Positions 47,951 through 57,067 of a stretch of 61,726 nt of DNA are shown piece after piece; within the stretch, counting starts at the first letter, position 1; the number at the start of each line of letters is the position of its first letter. The notes beneath the pieces are model-generated. The model saw only the letters and a list, made by a program, of their open reading frames with translations. It was not told the origin of the DNA and made no database searches. Made by a program: the position numbers and the translations under genes. Source of the DNA: Muribaculaceae bacterium (lineage in GTDB: Bacteria; Bacteroidota; Bacteroidia; Bacteroidales; Muribaculaceae); NCBI GenBank assembly GCA_017453505.1, contig JAFTEU010000070.1, forward strand, positions 1 to 61,726. The letters run 5' to 3'.

Positions 47951-48606
47951 TATTTGTTTTTCTTGAACGGGTTGAGTCTTTCCAGTCTGCCCAGCATTTT
48001 TCTCTTCCTGCACCAGTCCAGGATGTAGTCAAATCCGTCACTATCGACCAGGAGACTACTGTGGTACATGCACTTGCCGCCTTTCTTCTTCACCCGCTTG
48101 ATGAATTCCACGGCTTCATCCTCGCGCCCGTTGTGGATCAATGCCATCAACCGCACCAGGGCAATGGTGCAATCGCGGGTTTCGTCCACTTCAATCTCGG
48201 GTATATAGGCCTCGGCATCAGGATTGTCATGGATGAACTGCTGCATGTCGTGATGGGCTTTCTCGATGGTGGCTTTCCAGTAAGCCTCCAGGTATTCGGC
48301 ATCGGTGGCCTCATCGACAACCATTTCATCGTAAGTGTTGATTGTGATACCCTCGAGAGAAAAGGCACCATTGCCTCGCAGGCTCATGGGCTCTGATTTG
48401 TTCTCGGGCATTTCAAAGATGTCCCACCACAGGTCGTCGGCATACAAGGGCTTGACTTCAAGACGTGCGGGATTTAGGTCAAGGAGGCAAAAGAAATAGC
48501 CTTGCTCGACGCGCCAATTGATGTAATCCCGCTGTTTCCAGCCCAATGCCTTGGCAGCGCTCCTGCGCGCCGCATTGCTGGTTTTGTCAAGTTCCCTCTG
48601 TGTCAT
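47950..48606 (-). CDS. Hypothetical protein
   Basis: ATG 48606 lies 4 nt after the upstream stop; globular composition; no family recognised. Confidence 0.7.
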   Translation of the reverse strand: MTQRELDKTSNAARRSAAKALGWKQRDYINWRVEQGYFFCLLDLNPARLEVKPLYADDLWWDIFEMPENKSEPMSLRGNGAFSLEGITINTYDEMVVDEATDAEYLEAYWKATIEKAHHDMQQFIHDNPDAEAYIPEIEVDETRDCTIALVRLMALIHNGREDEAVEFIKRVKKKGGKCMYHSSLLVDSDGFDYILDWCRKRKMLGRLERLNPFKKNK

Positions 48607-48610
48607 GCTG

Positions 48611-49030
48611 TTAAGGATTAAGGATTTGGTCCAGCTGGGGGTAGATGTCGGCCTCGGTGATGTAGGGATGGATGTGGAAGTAGGGGTCGCCGGTGAGCAT
48701 GGCAGACAGTTGGGTCTTGGTCGAGTCGTAGAAGATGTGGCAAGGGATGCCATGGGCCTCGGCATAGGCCAACTCGTAGCCCACGCCCAGCGACGGGCAT
48801 GTACACTCGCCGATGAGTACGTCGCTCTCGCGCAGCCAGGCCGTGTCCTGGTCATAGATGCGTGCATCACGCTCGCGTCCCTGCTCCATCAGGTTCAGGT
48901 TGCCCTTGCCCACATGCTCCGTCAAGACTACGTCGGTGCGCTGGATGTAACTGATGATGCGGTGATATAACTCGGCATCAACACGCCCGCCACGGATGGA
49001 GCCCGCAAAATATACCTTCTTATTAGCCAT
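48611..49030 (-). CDS. Nucleoside 2-deoxyribosyltransferase fold, DNPH1/Rcl-like N-hydrolase
   Basis: VYFAGSIRGGR, VLTEHV, IYDQD.AWL..SD, PSLGVGYE, LSAM. Confidence 0.85.
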   Translation of the reverse strand: MANKKVYFAGSIRGGRVDAELYHRIISYIQRTDVVLTEHVGKGNLNLMEQGRERDARIYDQDTAWLRESDVLIGECTCPSLGVGYELAYAEAHGIPCHIFYDSTKTQLSAMLTGDPYFHIHPYITEADIYPQLDQILNP

Positions 49031-49043
49031 GACGATGCTGTTT

Positions 49044-49415
49044 TTAGAGTCTTGACAGGAATTTCTCGCGGTCAACGATGAAGCGCAGGTGTGTGCCCTC
49101 GCCCAGCAGTGTGTCGCCGCAATGGGCCTCGACCTTGAACTCGATTTTCTTGCCATCGACGCGGGTGACGGTTGCGGTGGCTGTGACCGTATCTCCCAGT
49201 TTGGTGGGCTTGAGGTGGGACGAGGTGATGTGTCCGCCCACGGTGGTGCACCCCTCGGGCAGATGGTCGGCCACGGCGAGCATGGCGGCATTCTCCATGA
49301 GCGCCATCATTGACGGAGTGGCCAGCACGGGCATGTCGCCCGAGCCCATGGCTATAGCGGTGAAAGCATCGTTGACGGTCAACTGGCTGGTGTGTGTCAA
49401 TCCTTCTTGAAGCAT
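49044..49415 (-). CDS. FlK-like hotdog thioesterase
   Basis: MGSG...VLATP.M.ALME.A, TVG..I...HL.PT, GTH.R. Confidence 0.88.
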   Translation of the reverse strand: MLQEGLTHTSQLTVNDAFTAIAMGSGDMPVLATPSMMALMENAAMLAVADHLPEGCTTVGGHITSSHLKPTKLGDTVTATATVTRVDGKKIEFKVEAHCGDTLLGEGTHLRFIVDREKFLSRL

Positions 49416-49428
49416 GATGTCTCCTGTT

Positions 49429-49611
49429 CTAGTATTTGTTGAAGTTGTATTTGGTTCTTAACTCGGCTTTTTTCTCCTCGCTCTGGCGGGTGAAGTAACT
49501 TCTCCAACCGGGGCAGAAGTTGATGTGCCAGCGCCAGAACCTGCCCAGCGCTGAATTGGGCTTCTGGTCGTAGTGAGCCCTGAATTTGCAGTTTTCGCAG
49601 ATATGTGCCAT
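49429..49611 (-). CDS. Small Cys-containing hypothetical protein
   Basis: C..C.FR..Y...P.S..GRFWRWH..FCPGW; operonic context. Confidence 0.7.
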   Translation of the reverse strand: MAHICENCKFRAHYDQKPNSALGRFWRWHINFCPGWRSYFTRQSEEKKAELRTKYNFNKY

Positions 49612-49653
49612 GTTATTGTCTGATAATTTAGAAATTAGAATTATTTCAAGCGT

Positions 49654-51264
49654 TTACTCGCCAGCCAGCAGCATGTCGATGAGTACAGCCAGGTCGTCGA
49701 TCGTGATGTCGCCGTCCTGGTTGCAGTCCGCACCATCGGTATTGATCTCGGTATTGCCGCTCAGCAGGTAGTCGATCAGCGCAGCCACGTCATCGATAGT
49801 GGCAGCACCATCGCCGTTCACGTCACCAGGGATGACCACGGGCAGGGCATAGCCAAGTTGCTTGTCCATCCATGTGATGCGTGCGTCAACCCAATTCTTG
49901 AGGTGCTTGATCTCGGCATCAAAACTCTTGGCTACATACTCGATGGGCCACACCCACACGCCCCAGCGTGGCCAGGCCTGGCTGCTGCGGTCCATCGCCC
50001 CGTGAGCGGTGAGCACATTGGCCAGTGAGTCGATGGTGGCCAAGACGCGCTCAGTCTTCAGGTTATTGTTGCGGAATTCCGCCCAGCGGCTCTTGAGAAG
50101 CGCCGTGTAGTCGGTGTCCTTGTTCAACTTGTACCACCAGAAGGGGATGAGGTTGACGTCGCCGTTGTTGTAGAACAGATAGTTGCACTTGTGCATCCAG
50201 GTGTCGGTGCGTGACGACAGGTACTTGGCGCAGTTGCCATATCCCAGGTTAACGTCCCACAGCACCATCTTGAAACGGGGATCCACACTGTCGCGCCGCT
50301 TGAAGAACTTGCCGCTCAGGCGATAGGCATCGGGATTATGGGCCAGCTCCATGAACAACTGGTAGTCGGCAAAACTCTGCTCGTCGATGTACTTGCGGTA
50401 ACCCACCTCGGGGTCGCGGTACTGCTTGGATGCCATGGCGGCTTCCATGTCATTGACGCGCTGGGTGATGTAGTCGATTTGCGTCTGGGTCATGTCCTCA
50501 TAGTCGGGCGACTTGTACTGGTAGTAGCAGTATCGGTCGTTATAGGCTTGACCGGCACTATTCACTGGATGATAGTTGGATGTCATGTAGGGCTCGTCAG
50601 TACGGTCCACTTCCATCAGGTAGCCGCCCGTCAGCTCGTCACCTTCTTCTCCCGGATCGGGAAGGTCAAGGCGGTGCTTGCCCTTGGAGACGACCTCGGT
50701 CATGACGTAGATGCCATAGTAGATGCCATCGAGGAATACCTCACAGAATCGGGTGTCGGGAGTATAGTCCATCCAGGGGCGGGCCAAGTCAAACGTCAGC
50801 ACGTCGCGGATCATGCTCTTGTCGCTGTAGGGGGCGAGCAAGGCCCAGTTGTTGTCTTTCCCCATGCCCAGAATTTTCACTTTTTCCTTCTTGCACGTGT
50901 CCACCTCGAGCGGGGCATTCAAGGTGCGGAATGAATAGGGCTTCCTGTCGCTCTGCGAGAACGAGGTGTTGCCGCGGTAGCGCAGGGCGATATAACCCTC
51001 ATAGTCGATGTGCTGCCCGGGATGGGCCACCGTGTCGCCATAGTTGAGCTGTCCGTCGCCGTTGTGGATGATCTTCATGTGGGCGGTGATGCGCTCCTTG
51101 GTGTCGATCTGCGCGCCGTTCACGTCAATCCACACGATGGGCAGGTTGGTCTCGTTGATGGTGACCGTGGTGTCATCGGGAGGATAGTTATCGGGCCTTT
51201 GAGCCAGGGCACTCAATGCCAGCAGCAACATGGCGACGATTAGGTATATCCTGTGATTCATCAT
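49654..51264 (-). CDS. CotH-family kinase with C-terminal dockerin-like domain
   Basis: RGNTS, KPY, WALLA...DKS.IR, Y.GIY.MTE, WD.NLG.GN; duplicated GDVNGDG..TIDD / DCNQDGDITIDD; signal peptide after ATG 51264. Confidence 0.85.
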   Translation of the reverse strand: MMNHRIYLIVAMLLLALSALAQRPDNYPPDDTTVTINETNLPIVWIDVNGAQIDTKERITAHMKIIHNGDGQLNYGDTVAHPGQHIDYEGYIALRYRGNTSFSQSDRKPYSFRTLNAPLEVDTCKKEKVKILGMGKDNNWALLAPYSDKSMIRDVLTFDLARPWMDYTPDTRFCEVFLDGIYYGIYVMTEVVSKGKHRLDLPDPGEEGDELTGGYLMEVDRTDEPYMTSNYHPVNSAGQAYNDRYCYYQYKSPDYEDMTQTQIDYITQRVNDMEAAMASKQYRDPEVGYRKYIDEQSFADYQLFMELAHNPDAYRLSGKFFKRRDSVDPRFKMVLWDVNLGYGNCAKYLSSRTDTWMHKCNYLFYNNGDVNLIPFWWYKLNKDTDYTALLKSRWAEFRNNNLKTERVLATIDSLANVLTAHGAMDRSSQAWPRWGVWVWPIEYVAKSFDAEIKHLKNWVDARITWMDKQLGYALPVVIPGDVNGDGAATIDDVAALIDYLLSGNTEINTDGADCNQDGDITIDDLAVLIDMLLAGE

Positions 51265-51390
51265 CTGTTGATAGTTGTTGAAAATGGTTTGTAACTGTGT
51301 CAGTGTGCGCAAAATTACTATTTTTTCTCTCTCAATGATGTGCGGGAAGTGTTTTTTAGTACTTGTGGTAGTCCCCCCGATGACTCTAAT

Positions 51391-51636
51391 GGGGACTTCT
51401 ATATATTAGCTTGACATGGATTTTGATTTATTTTTGAGTAGATTTTGTTTTAGCTTTGCAGGAGCATAGCGAGCTATGGTCCAAGAAGATAAGACAAAAT
51501 ATGCCAAAAAGAAACAAAACTTGAGCAAATCGAATGCAAAGCCAAGCACGCTTGAGCTTTGCTGAGATGCCGCCAAGTTTATCCAAAATACAGTCAACAT
51601 AGAAGATAAACATTTCGGTAATTTATAGAAGTCCCC
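51391..51636 (-). mobile_element. MITE copy B (246 bp), TAAT target duplication
   Basis: 18-bp TIR GGGGACTTCTATA(T/A)ATTA with 1 mismatch; TAAT at 51387-51390 and 51637-51640. Confidence 0.85.
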
Positions 51637-51767
51637 TAATAATCACCTCAAATGGTTGCATAGCTCCTGCCGTAATGTGATTTTTCACCTGATGGCAATG
51701 AAAAAGATTGCGAAATACAATTTTTTGTGGTAATTTTGCCGCAATAATAACCCATATAATCGTGTAA

Positions 51768-52457
51768 ATGGATTCACAACAGAATGCTGAAATCATCGCA
51801 AGGATAAAATATCTGATGAAGGAAATGGGGGTGCGGCAGGTGCAGTTTGCCGACCGCATCGGCGTTGACACGTCCAACCTGTCCAAGTACTTGAATGCGC
51901 ACATGCCCTTGAGTGACTCGTTCCTCAACAGGATTGTGGTCAACCTGGGTGTGAGCAAGGAATGGCTGCTAGAAGGCACCGACCTGCCCTTCGGCAAGAC
52001 ACCGGTGAGGGTCGATGCTGGTGAGGGCCAGATGATGGCTGGAACGCCTAGCGAGGGTACCCCGGTCTATGATGTCGATGCCACGGCTGGTGCTTCGTCG
52101 GGCCGATCCGACCTGTTTGCCAACGAGAACATCGTGGGCTGGGTCAATCTGCCCAACATGAGCCCCAATTGCCGCATCGTGCGCGTCAGCGGCGACTCGA
52201 TGGCCCCCGTCATCATGGACGGCGACTTCATCGCAGTGCGCGAGGTGAGCAATCCCAGTCAGATTTACTGGGGCCAGATCTATGTCGTGCAGCTCGATGA
52301 CTTCAGGGTTGTGAAATACGTGCGCCGTCACACCGACCCCAACATGGTCGTGCTGCGCAGCGAGAATACCAACTATGACGACATGGACGTGCGCCGTACC
52401 GACATCCACGAGATGCTCCTCGTCCAGCATGTCCTGCACTTGAACACAAGACTCTGA
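51768..52457 (+). CDS. HTH + S24 peptidase (LexA/CI-like) repressor
   Basis: XRE HTH; ATAG cleavage-site region; VSGDSMAP Ser; VVK Lys; promoter TAATTTTG at 51731. Confidence 0.9.
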   Translation: MDSQQNAEIIARIKYLMKEMGVRQVQFADRIGVDTSNLSKYLNAHMPLSDSFLNRIVVNLGVSKEWLLEGTDLPFGKTPVRVDAGEGQMMAGTPSEGTPVYDVDATAGASSGRSDLFANENIVGWVNLPNMSPNCRIVRVSGDSMAPVIMDGDFIAVREVSNPSQIYWGQIYVVQLDDFRVVKYVRRHTDPNMVVLRSENTNYDDMDVRRTDIHEMLLVQHVLHLNTRL

Positions 52458-52460
52458 CAA

Positions 52461-53678
52461 ATGGACATCTATTATCATACTCTCCCCAACGGACTGCGCA
52501 TGGTGCACGTCGCTACCGCCACCCAGGTGGCGTGGTGTGGTCTTGCCGTCAATGCCGGCAGTCGTGACGAGCGCGAGGGGCAATATGGACTGGCCCACTT
52601 TGTGGAGCATACCATCTTCAAGGGAACGACCCATCGCCGCGCCTGGCACATTCTCAACCGCATGGAGCGGGTGGGCGGCGAGTTGAACGCCTATACCACC
52701 AAGGAGGGCACTATGCTCTACTCGGTCTTTCCCCACGAGCACCTGCCGCGGGCCGTGGATCTGCTGGCCGACCTGGTGCAGTGGTCTGTGTTCCCCCAGG
52801 AGGAGCTTGACCGCGAGCGTGACGTGGTGCTTGAGGAAGCAGCCAGTTACCGCGATACGCCCAGCGATGCGGTCTATGACGACTTTGAGGATCTCCTGCT
52901 TGCCGGCAGCGAGTTGGGACATAACATCCTGGGCCGCAAAGAAGACCTCGAGAGCCTCACCCGTGAGGACTGCATGCATTACCTCAAGACGTTGTATGTG
53001 CCTGGCAACATGGCGTTCTTCTCGGTAGGACCCGAGCGGCCCGAGCGGGTCTTCCGTCTGGCCGAGAAGGCTTTCGCGCCGATGTGTCACGAGATGCTGC
53101 CGCGTCAACGCGCAATTCCCTTGGATGTTGAACCCTTCCACAAGACTATCCGGATCGGTACCCATCAGGCCCACACCATCGTGGGCGCCCGTGTGCCTGA
53201 CGCCAACCACCCCCTGCGCCATGCCTTGATGCTGCTCAACAACATCCTGGGCGGCCCGGGCATGAACTCGCTGCTCAACGTGGAGCTGCGGGAGCGCCGT
53301 GGCTATGTCTATACCGTCGAGTCCACCTTGACGCTGCTGAGCGACTGCGGGTGGATGGAGATTTACCTGGGGTGTGACCCCGACGACGTGCGTTCCAGCC
53401 TGCGCGTCATCGAGCGCATCACGAGCCGCCTGAGTGAGGATCTGCTGCCCGAGCGTCGCCTTGAAGCCTACAAGAAGCAGTATTGCGGCCAGCTCGTGGT
53501 TGCTGCCGACAGCACCGAGTTCATGGCGATGCGTGCCGGACGTGGTCTGCTCTATCACGGACGTGTCGCTACCATCGACGAGACCATCGACAGCATCCAG
53601 GCTGTCACCGCCGGCCAGGTGGCCCAGGCCGCCGCCTGCCTGAGTGCCGGCCGCTTGTCGTCGCTCACGTTCCAGTAA
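52461..53678 (+). CDS. M16 family zinc peptidase
   Basis: LPNGLR, GLAHFVEH (HxxEH), NAYT, LRERRGYVY. Confidence 0.93.
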   Translation: MDIYYHTLPNGLRMVHVATATQVAWCGLAVNAGSRDEREGQYGLAHFVEHTIFKGTTHRRAWHILNRMERVGGELNAYTTKEGTMLYSVFPHEHLPRAVDLLADLVQWSVFPQEELDRERDVVLEEAASYRDTPSDAVYDDFEDLLLAGSELGHNILGRKEDLESLTREDCMHYLKTLYVPGNMAFFSVGPERPERVFRLAEKAFAPMCHEMLPRQRAIPLDVEPFHKTIRIGTHQAHTIVGARVPDANHPLRHALMLLNNILGGPGMNSLLNVELRERRGYVYTVESTLTLLSDCGWMEIYLGCDPDDVRSSLRVIERITSRLSEDLLPERRLEAYKKQYCGQLVVAADSTEFMAMRAGRGLLYHGRVATIDETIDSIQAVTAGQVAQAAACLSAGRLSSLTFQ

Positions 53679-53725
53679 CGCTAGCCACCTGAAACAAGAA
53701 CCGATAGAAGAATCAAGATATTGCG

Positions 53726-54664
53726 ATGAAAAAGATTTCAATTCTCATACCCTGCCACAACGAGGAACAGTCATTGCCGCTGTTGTATCCCGAACTGGTA
53801 AAGCTCATGGACGGCCATGCGGCCTATGAGTGGGAGCTGATGTTTGTCAACGACGGCAGCACCGACGGCACGTTGCAGGCCCTGCGGCAGCTGCGGCGGC
53901 AGGACAAGCGGGTGAACTATGTGGACTTGTCGCGCAACTTCGGCAAGGAGACGGCGATGCTGGCGGGATTTGACTATGTCACGGGCGACTGCATGGTCAT
54001 CATCGATGCCGACCTGCAGGATCCCCCTGAACTCATCCCCGAGATGCTGCAATGGTGGGAACAGGGCTACGAGGACGTGTATGCCCGCCGCAAGACGCGT
54101 GGCCGTGAGAGCTGGTTGCGCAAGCGCCTGTCCCTGCTGTTCTACAGGATTCTGCAGAGCTCGTCGCGCTTTGATGTGTTGCAGAATGTGGGCGACTTCC
54201 GCCTGCTGGACCGCCGCTGCATCAATGCGTTGAAGAAGATGCGCGAGAGCGAGCGCTATACCAAGGGAATGTACTGCTGGATCGGCTTCAAGAAGAAGGA
54301 GATCCTCTTTGACCGCGGTGACCGTGTTGCCGGCAATTCCTCGTGGAACTTCAGGCAGCTGTTCTCGCTGGCCATTGACGGCATCACGTCGTTCACCACG
54401 GTGCCGTTGCGCGTGTCGACCATCGTGGGCTTCATCGTGTCGATGCTCGCCTTTGTGTACATGATCTATGTCTTCATCAAGGCACTCATCTGGGGCGACC
54501 CCGTCCAGGGCTATCCCTCGCTGGTGATTCTGCTCTTGTTCTTGGGCGGCATCCAGTTGCTCTCGCTGGGCATCATCGGTGAATACATCGGCCGCATCTA
54601 CAACGAGGCCAAGAACCGTCCTGACTATCTTGTCCGTGAGTTCAACGACGAGAATGTGCTGTGA
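53726..54664 (+). CDS. GtrB-like bactoprenol glycosyltransferase (GT2)
   Basis: IPCHNEE, NDGSTD, LSRNFGKE, DADLQDPP, GDFRL, two C-terminal TMs, GEYIGRIY. Confidence 0.92.
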   Translation: MKKISILIPCHNEEQSLPLLYPELVKLMDGHAAYEWELMFVNDGSTDGTLQALRQLRRQDKRVNYVDLSRNFGKETAMLAGFDYVTGDCMVIIDADLQDPPELIPEMLQWWEQGYEDVYARRKTRGRESWLRKRLSLLFYRILQSSSRFDVLQNVGDFRLLDRRCINALKKMRESERYTKGMYCWIGFKKKEILFDRGDRVAGNSSWNFRQLFSLAIDGITSFTTVPLRVSTIVGFIVSMLAFVYMIYVFIKALIWGDPVQGYPSLVILLLFLGGIQLLSLGIIGEYIGRIYNEAKNRPDYLVREFNDENVL

Positions 54665-56319
54665 CCAGGCCTGAATACATATCACCGTTCAAGCGCTGGC
54701 CCCTTGTGGGCGATGCCTTGTACTGGCTGCTCCTGGTGGCTGGCTGTGCCGTGTTCCTGCTGATGAACATGTACACCACCCTCAAGGAGGACGACTTTTT
54801 CCACACGTTCATCCAGGGCTCCGGCGAGCCCATCAAGAACCTGGCCGACGTGGTGCAGGCCTGGATTGCCTATATGCGCTTTGACACCCGCACGGCCAAC
54901 CTGACGGACTTCCTGTTCAACGGCATCCTGGGCAAGACGGCCTTCAACGTGTGCAACACGCTGGTACTGGGTGTGATGGCCCATCTGCTGAGCCGCTTGA
55001 CCACCGGGCGCAACTCGGTGATGGCCCTGGTGATGCTCTTCACCTTTATCGTCGCTGCCATGCCCGTCCCCGGCGAGACCCTGTTGTGGGTTGCCGGCAG
55101 CTGCAATTACCTGTGGGCCATGACGGCCGCGCTGCTGTTTGTGGCCTACCTGCTGTGGCATCGCGACACGCGCCCTGCCTGGTGGAAGGCGGTGCTTGTC
55201 GTGGCTCTGTCGCTGCTGGCTGGCGGCAGCAACGAGGGAACGACCTTCGGCGTGTTCGGCGGCCTGGTGATCTACTACCTCTTCAACCGTGACAAGGTGG
55301 ATCGGGCCGTTGTGCTGGCGATGACGGGCTATCTGCTGGGAGTGGTGTTGCTCGTCAGTTGCCCCGGTGCCTGGGACAGAGCCTCGAGTGAGGTGAGCCA
55401 CGATGCCGGCTTCATGCACCTGCTGGCCGACCGTGGCCGTGTCATGCTGGAGCTCTCGCGGCGCTATGTCGTGCCGCTGGTGTCTCTCGCCATCCTGCTG
55501 GTGTCGCTGGTGGCCCGCGGACCGAACAAGACCATGAACGCCACGCCGTGGCCGTGGATCTTTCTGGTGGCATGCGCCTTTGTCTTTGTGGTGGGCAAGG
55601 CGCAGGAGCGGTTGTATTTCTCGATGACCTTTGTCGCGCTCATCATCATCGTGATGGCTGTGCATGCCCTGTTCAGGCGGGTGTGGTGGCCGCGTGCGGC
55701 GGTCGTTGTGGCGGGTCTGGCCATCTGCTGCGTCAAGTGCCCTTCCAACCTTGCCACCCTGCAGCGCTACCAGGCCTTCATGGCCCAGGTCGACGATGAT
55801 ATTGCCTGCACTCCTGACCGTCAGGTCATCCTCAAGAAACGCCACTTTGACGGCTACAGCCGCTTCATCAAGCTGCTGAATCTGGACTCCTGGAACTTCT
55901 ACATCCGCAACGAGTCGATGTGCCGCCACTATGGCAAGGACAACATCCAGTTTGTGGACGACTCGCTGCATGCGCGTTACCATGAGGGCCGCCTGCTCGA
56001 CGGTGCCCAGGCTGTACCCTTTACCAGCACGGTGGATGATATAGAGGCCGTGTACACCGTCCCTGGCGGGAACTACATGGCCGTGAAGATGCGCCAGGAC
56101 AGCGTGTCCTATTCCTACCAGTTTGCCGATGTTGTCCTCACCGACGGCACCGCGGCTCTGCCCGTGCCCTATTTCCCTGCCTTGTATCAGGGACGCGAGT
56201 ACCTCATCTTCAGGCAACCCGATGAGAGGGCAGCACGCTTGACGTTCGCCCCCTTTGAGTACGAGGGCGAGACCATCGACCTGCACCTCACCCGCGCCGA
56301 CCGTGACGCTGCCCGCTAA
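54661..56319 (+). CDS. Polytopic GT-C-like membrane protein (DUF6056-like), paralog 1
   Basis: KEDD after TM1, PVPGETLLWVAGSCNYLWA, NE, PG, YHEGRLLDGA; GTGA overlap with GT2 gene. Confidence 0.7.
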   Translation: MTRPEYISPFKRWPLVGDALYWLLLVAGCAVFLLMNMYTTLKEDDFFHTFIQGSGEPIKNLADVVQAWIAYMRFDTRTANLTDFLFNGILGKTAFNVCNTLVLGVMAHLLSRLTTGRNSVMALVMLFTFIVAAMPVPGETLLWVAGSCNYLWAMTAALLFVAYLLWHRDTRPAWWKAVLVVALSLLAGGSNEGTTFGVFGGLVIYYLFNRDKVDRAVVLAMTGYLLGVVLLVSCPGAWDRASSEVSHDAGFMHLLADRGRVMLELSRRYVVPLVSLAILLVSLVARGPNKTMNATPWPWIFLVACAFVFVVGKAQERLYFSMTFVALIIIVMAVHALFRRVWWPRAAVVVAGLAICCVKCPSNLATLQRYQAFMAQVDDDIACTPDRQVILKKRHFDGYSRFIKLLNLDSWNFYIRNESMCRHYGKDNIQFVDDSLHARYHEGRLLDGAQAVPFTSTVDDIEAVYTVPGGNYMAVKMRQDSVSYSYQFADVVLTDGTAALPVPYFPALYQGREYLIFRQPDERAARLTFAPFEYEGETIDLHLTRADRDAAR

Positions 56320-56421
56320 AACCACATTTTTGGCAAAAAATTTGCTGGTTTGTGGCAAATGGTGTAATTTCGTCACCATTAAATGAAATCATAACGAAAA
56401 AAACGATAAAAACGCAACACT

Positions 56422-56982
56422 ATGAACGACGTGAAATTCTATCTCGACGCAGCCGAGAAAAAGATGCAGGAAGCCGTGGATTTCCTCGATGACACCCTGG
56501 CACACATCCGTGCAGGCAAGGCCAACGTGAAGATCCTCGACGGCATCCGTGTGAACTATTATGGCAGCCCCGTGCCCATCGACAACGTGGCCAACGTGAG
56601 CACCCCCGACCAGCGCACCATCGCCATCATGCCCTGGGAGCGCAACATGATCGGAACCATCGAGAAGGCCATCATCGACAGCAACGTGGGCATCATGCCG
56701 GTCAACAACGGTGAGGTCATCCGCCTGAACATCCCGCCCCTGACCGAGGAACGCCGCAAGCTCCTCGTCAAGGACTCCAAGGCCGAGAGCGAGAAGGCCC
56801 GCGTGAGCATCCGCAATGCCCGCCGCGAGGCCATCGAGGGCTTGAAGAAGGCCGTCAAGGAAGGCATGAGCGAGGACATCAGCAAGGACGGCGAGGAGAA
56901 GGTCCAGAAGATTCATGACAAGTTCATGAAGAAGATTGACGAGATCTTTGCTGCCAAGGAGAAGGAAATCCTGACCGTCTAA
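56422..56982 (+). CDS. frr: Ribosome recycling factor
   Basis: IRAGKAN, YYGSPVP, PPLTEERRK, IRNARR, KEKEIL. Confidence 0.97.
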   Translation: MNDVKFYLDAAEKKMQEAVDFLDDTLAHIRAGKANVKILDGIRVNYYGSPVPIDNVANVSTPDQRTIAIMPWERNMIGTIEKAIIDSNVGIMPVNNGEVIRLNIPPLTEERRKLLVKDSKAESEKARVSIRNARREAIEGLKKAVKEGMSEDISKDGEEKVQKIHDKFMKKIDEIFAAKEKEILTV

Positions 56983-57067
56983 GAGACACTGACGCATCAT
57001 TAACCGTGATTGAGCGATGTTGCGGCGATGAGCCTTGCTGCAACATCGTTTTTAGCTTGATACCGAC

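Noticed and set aside
51768-52457. Prophage CI repressor
   Set aside because: No integrase, cro, replication or structural phage genes nearby.
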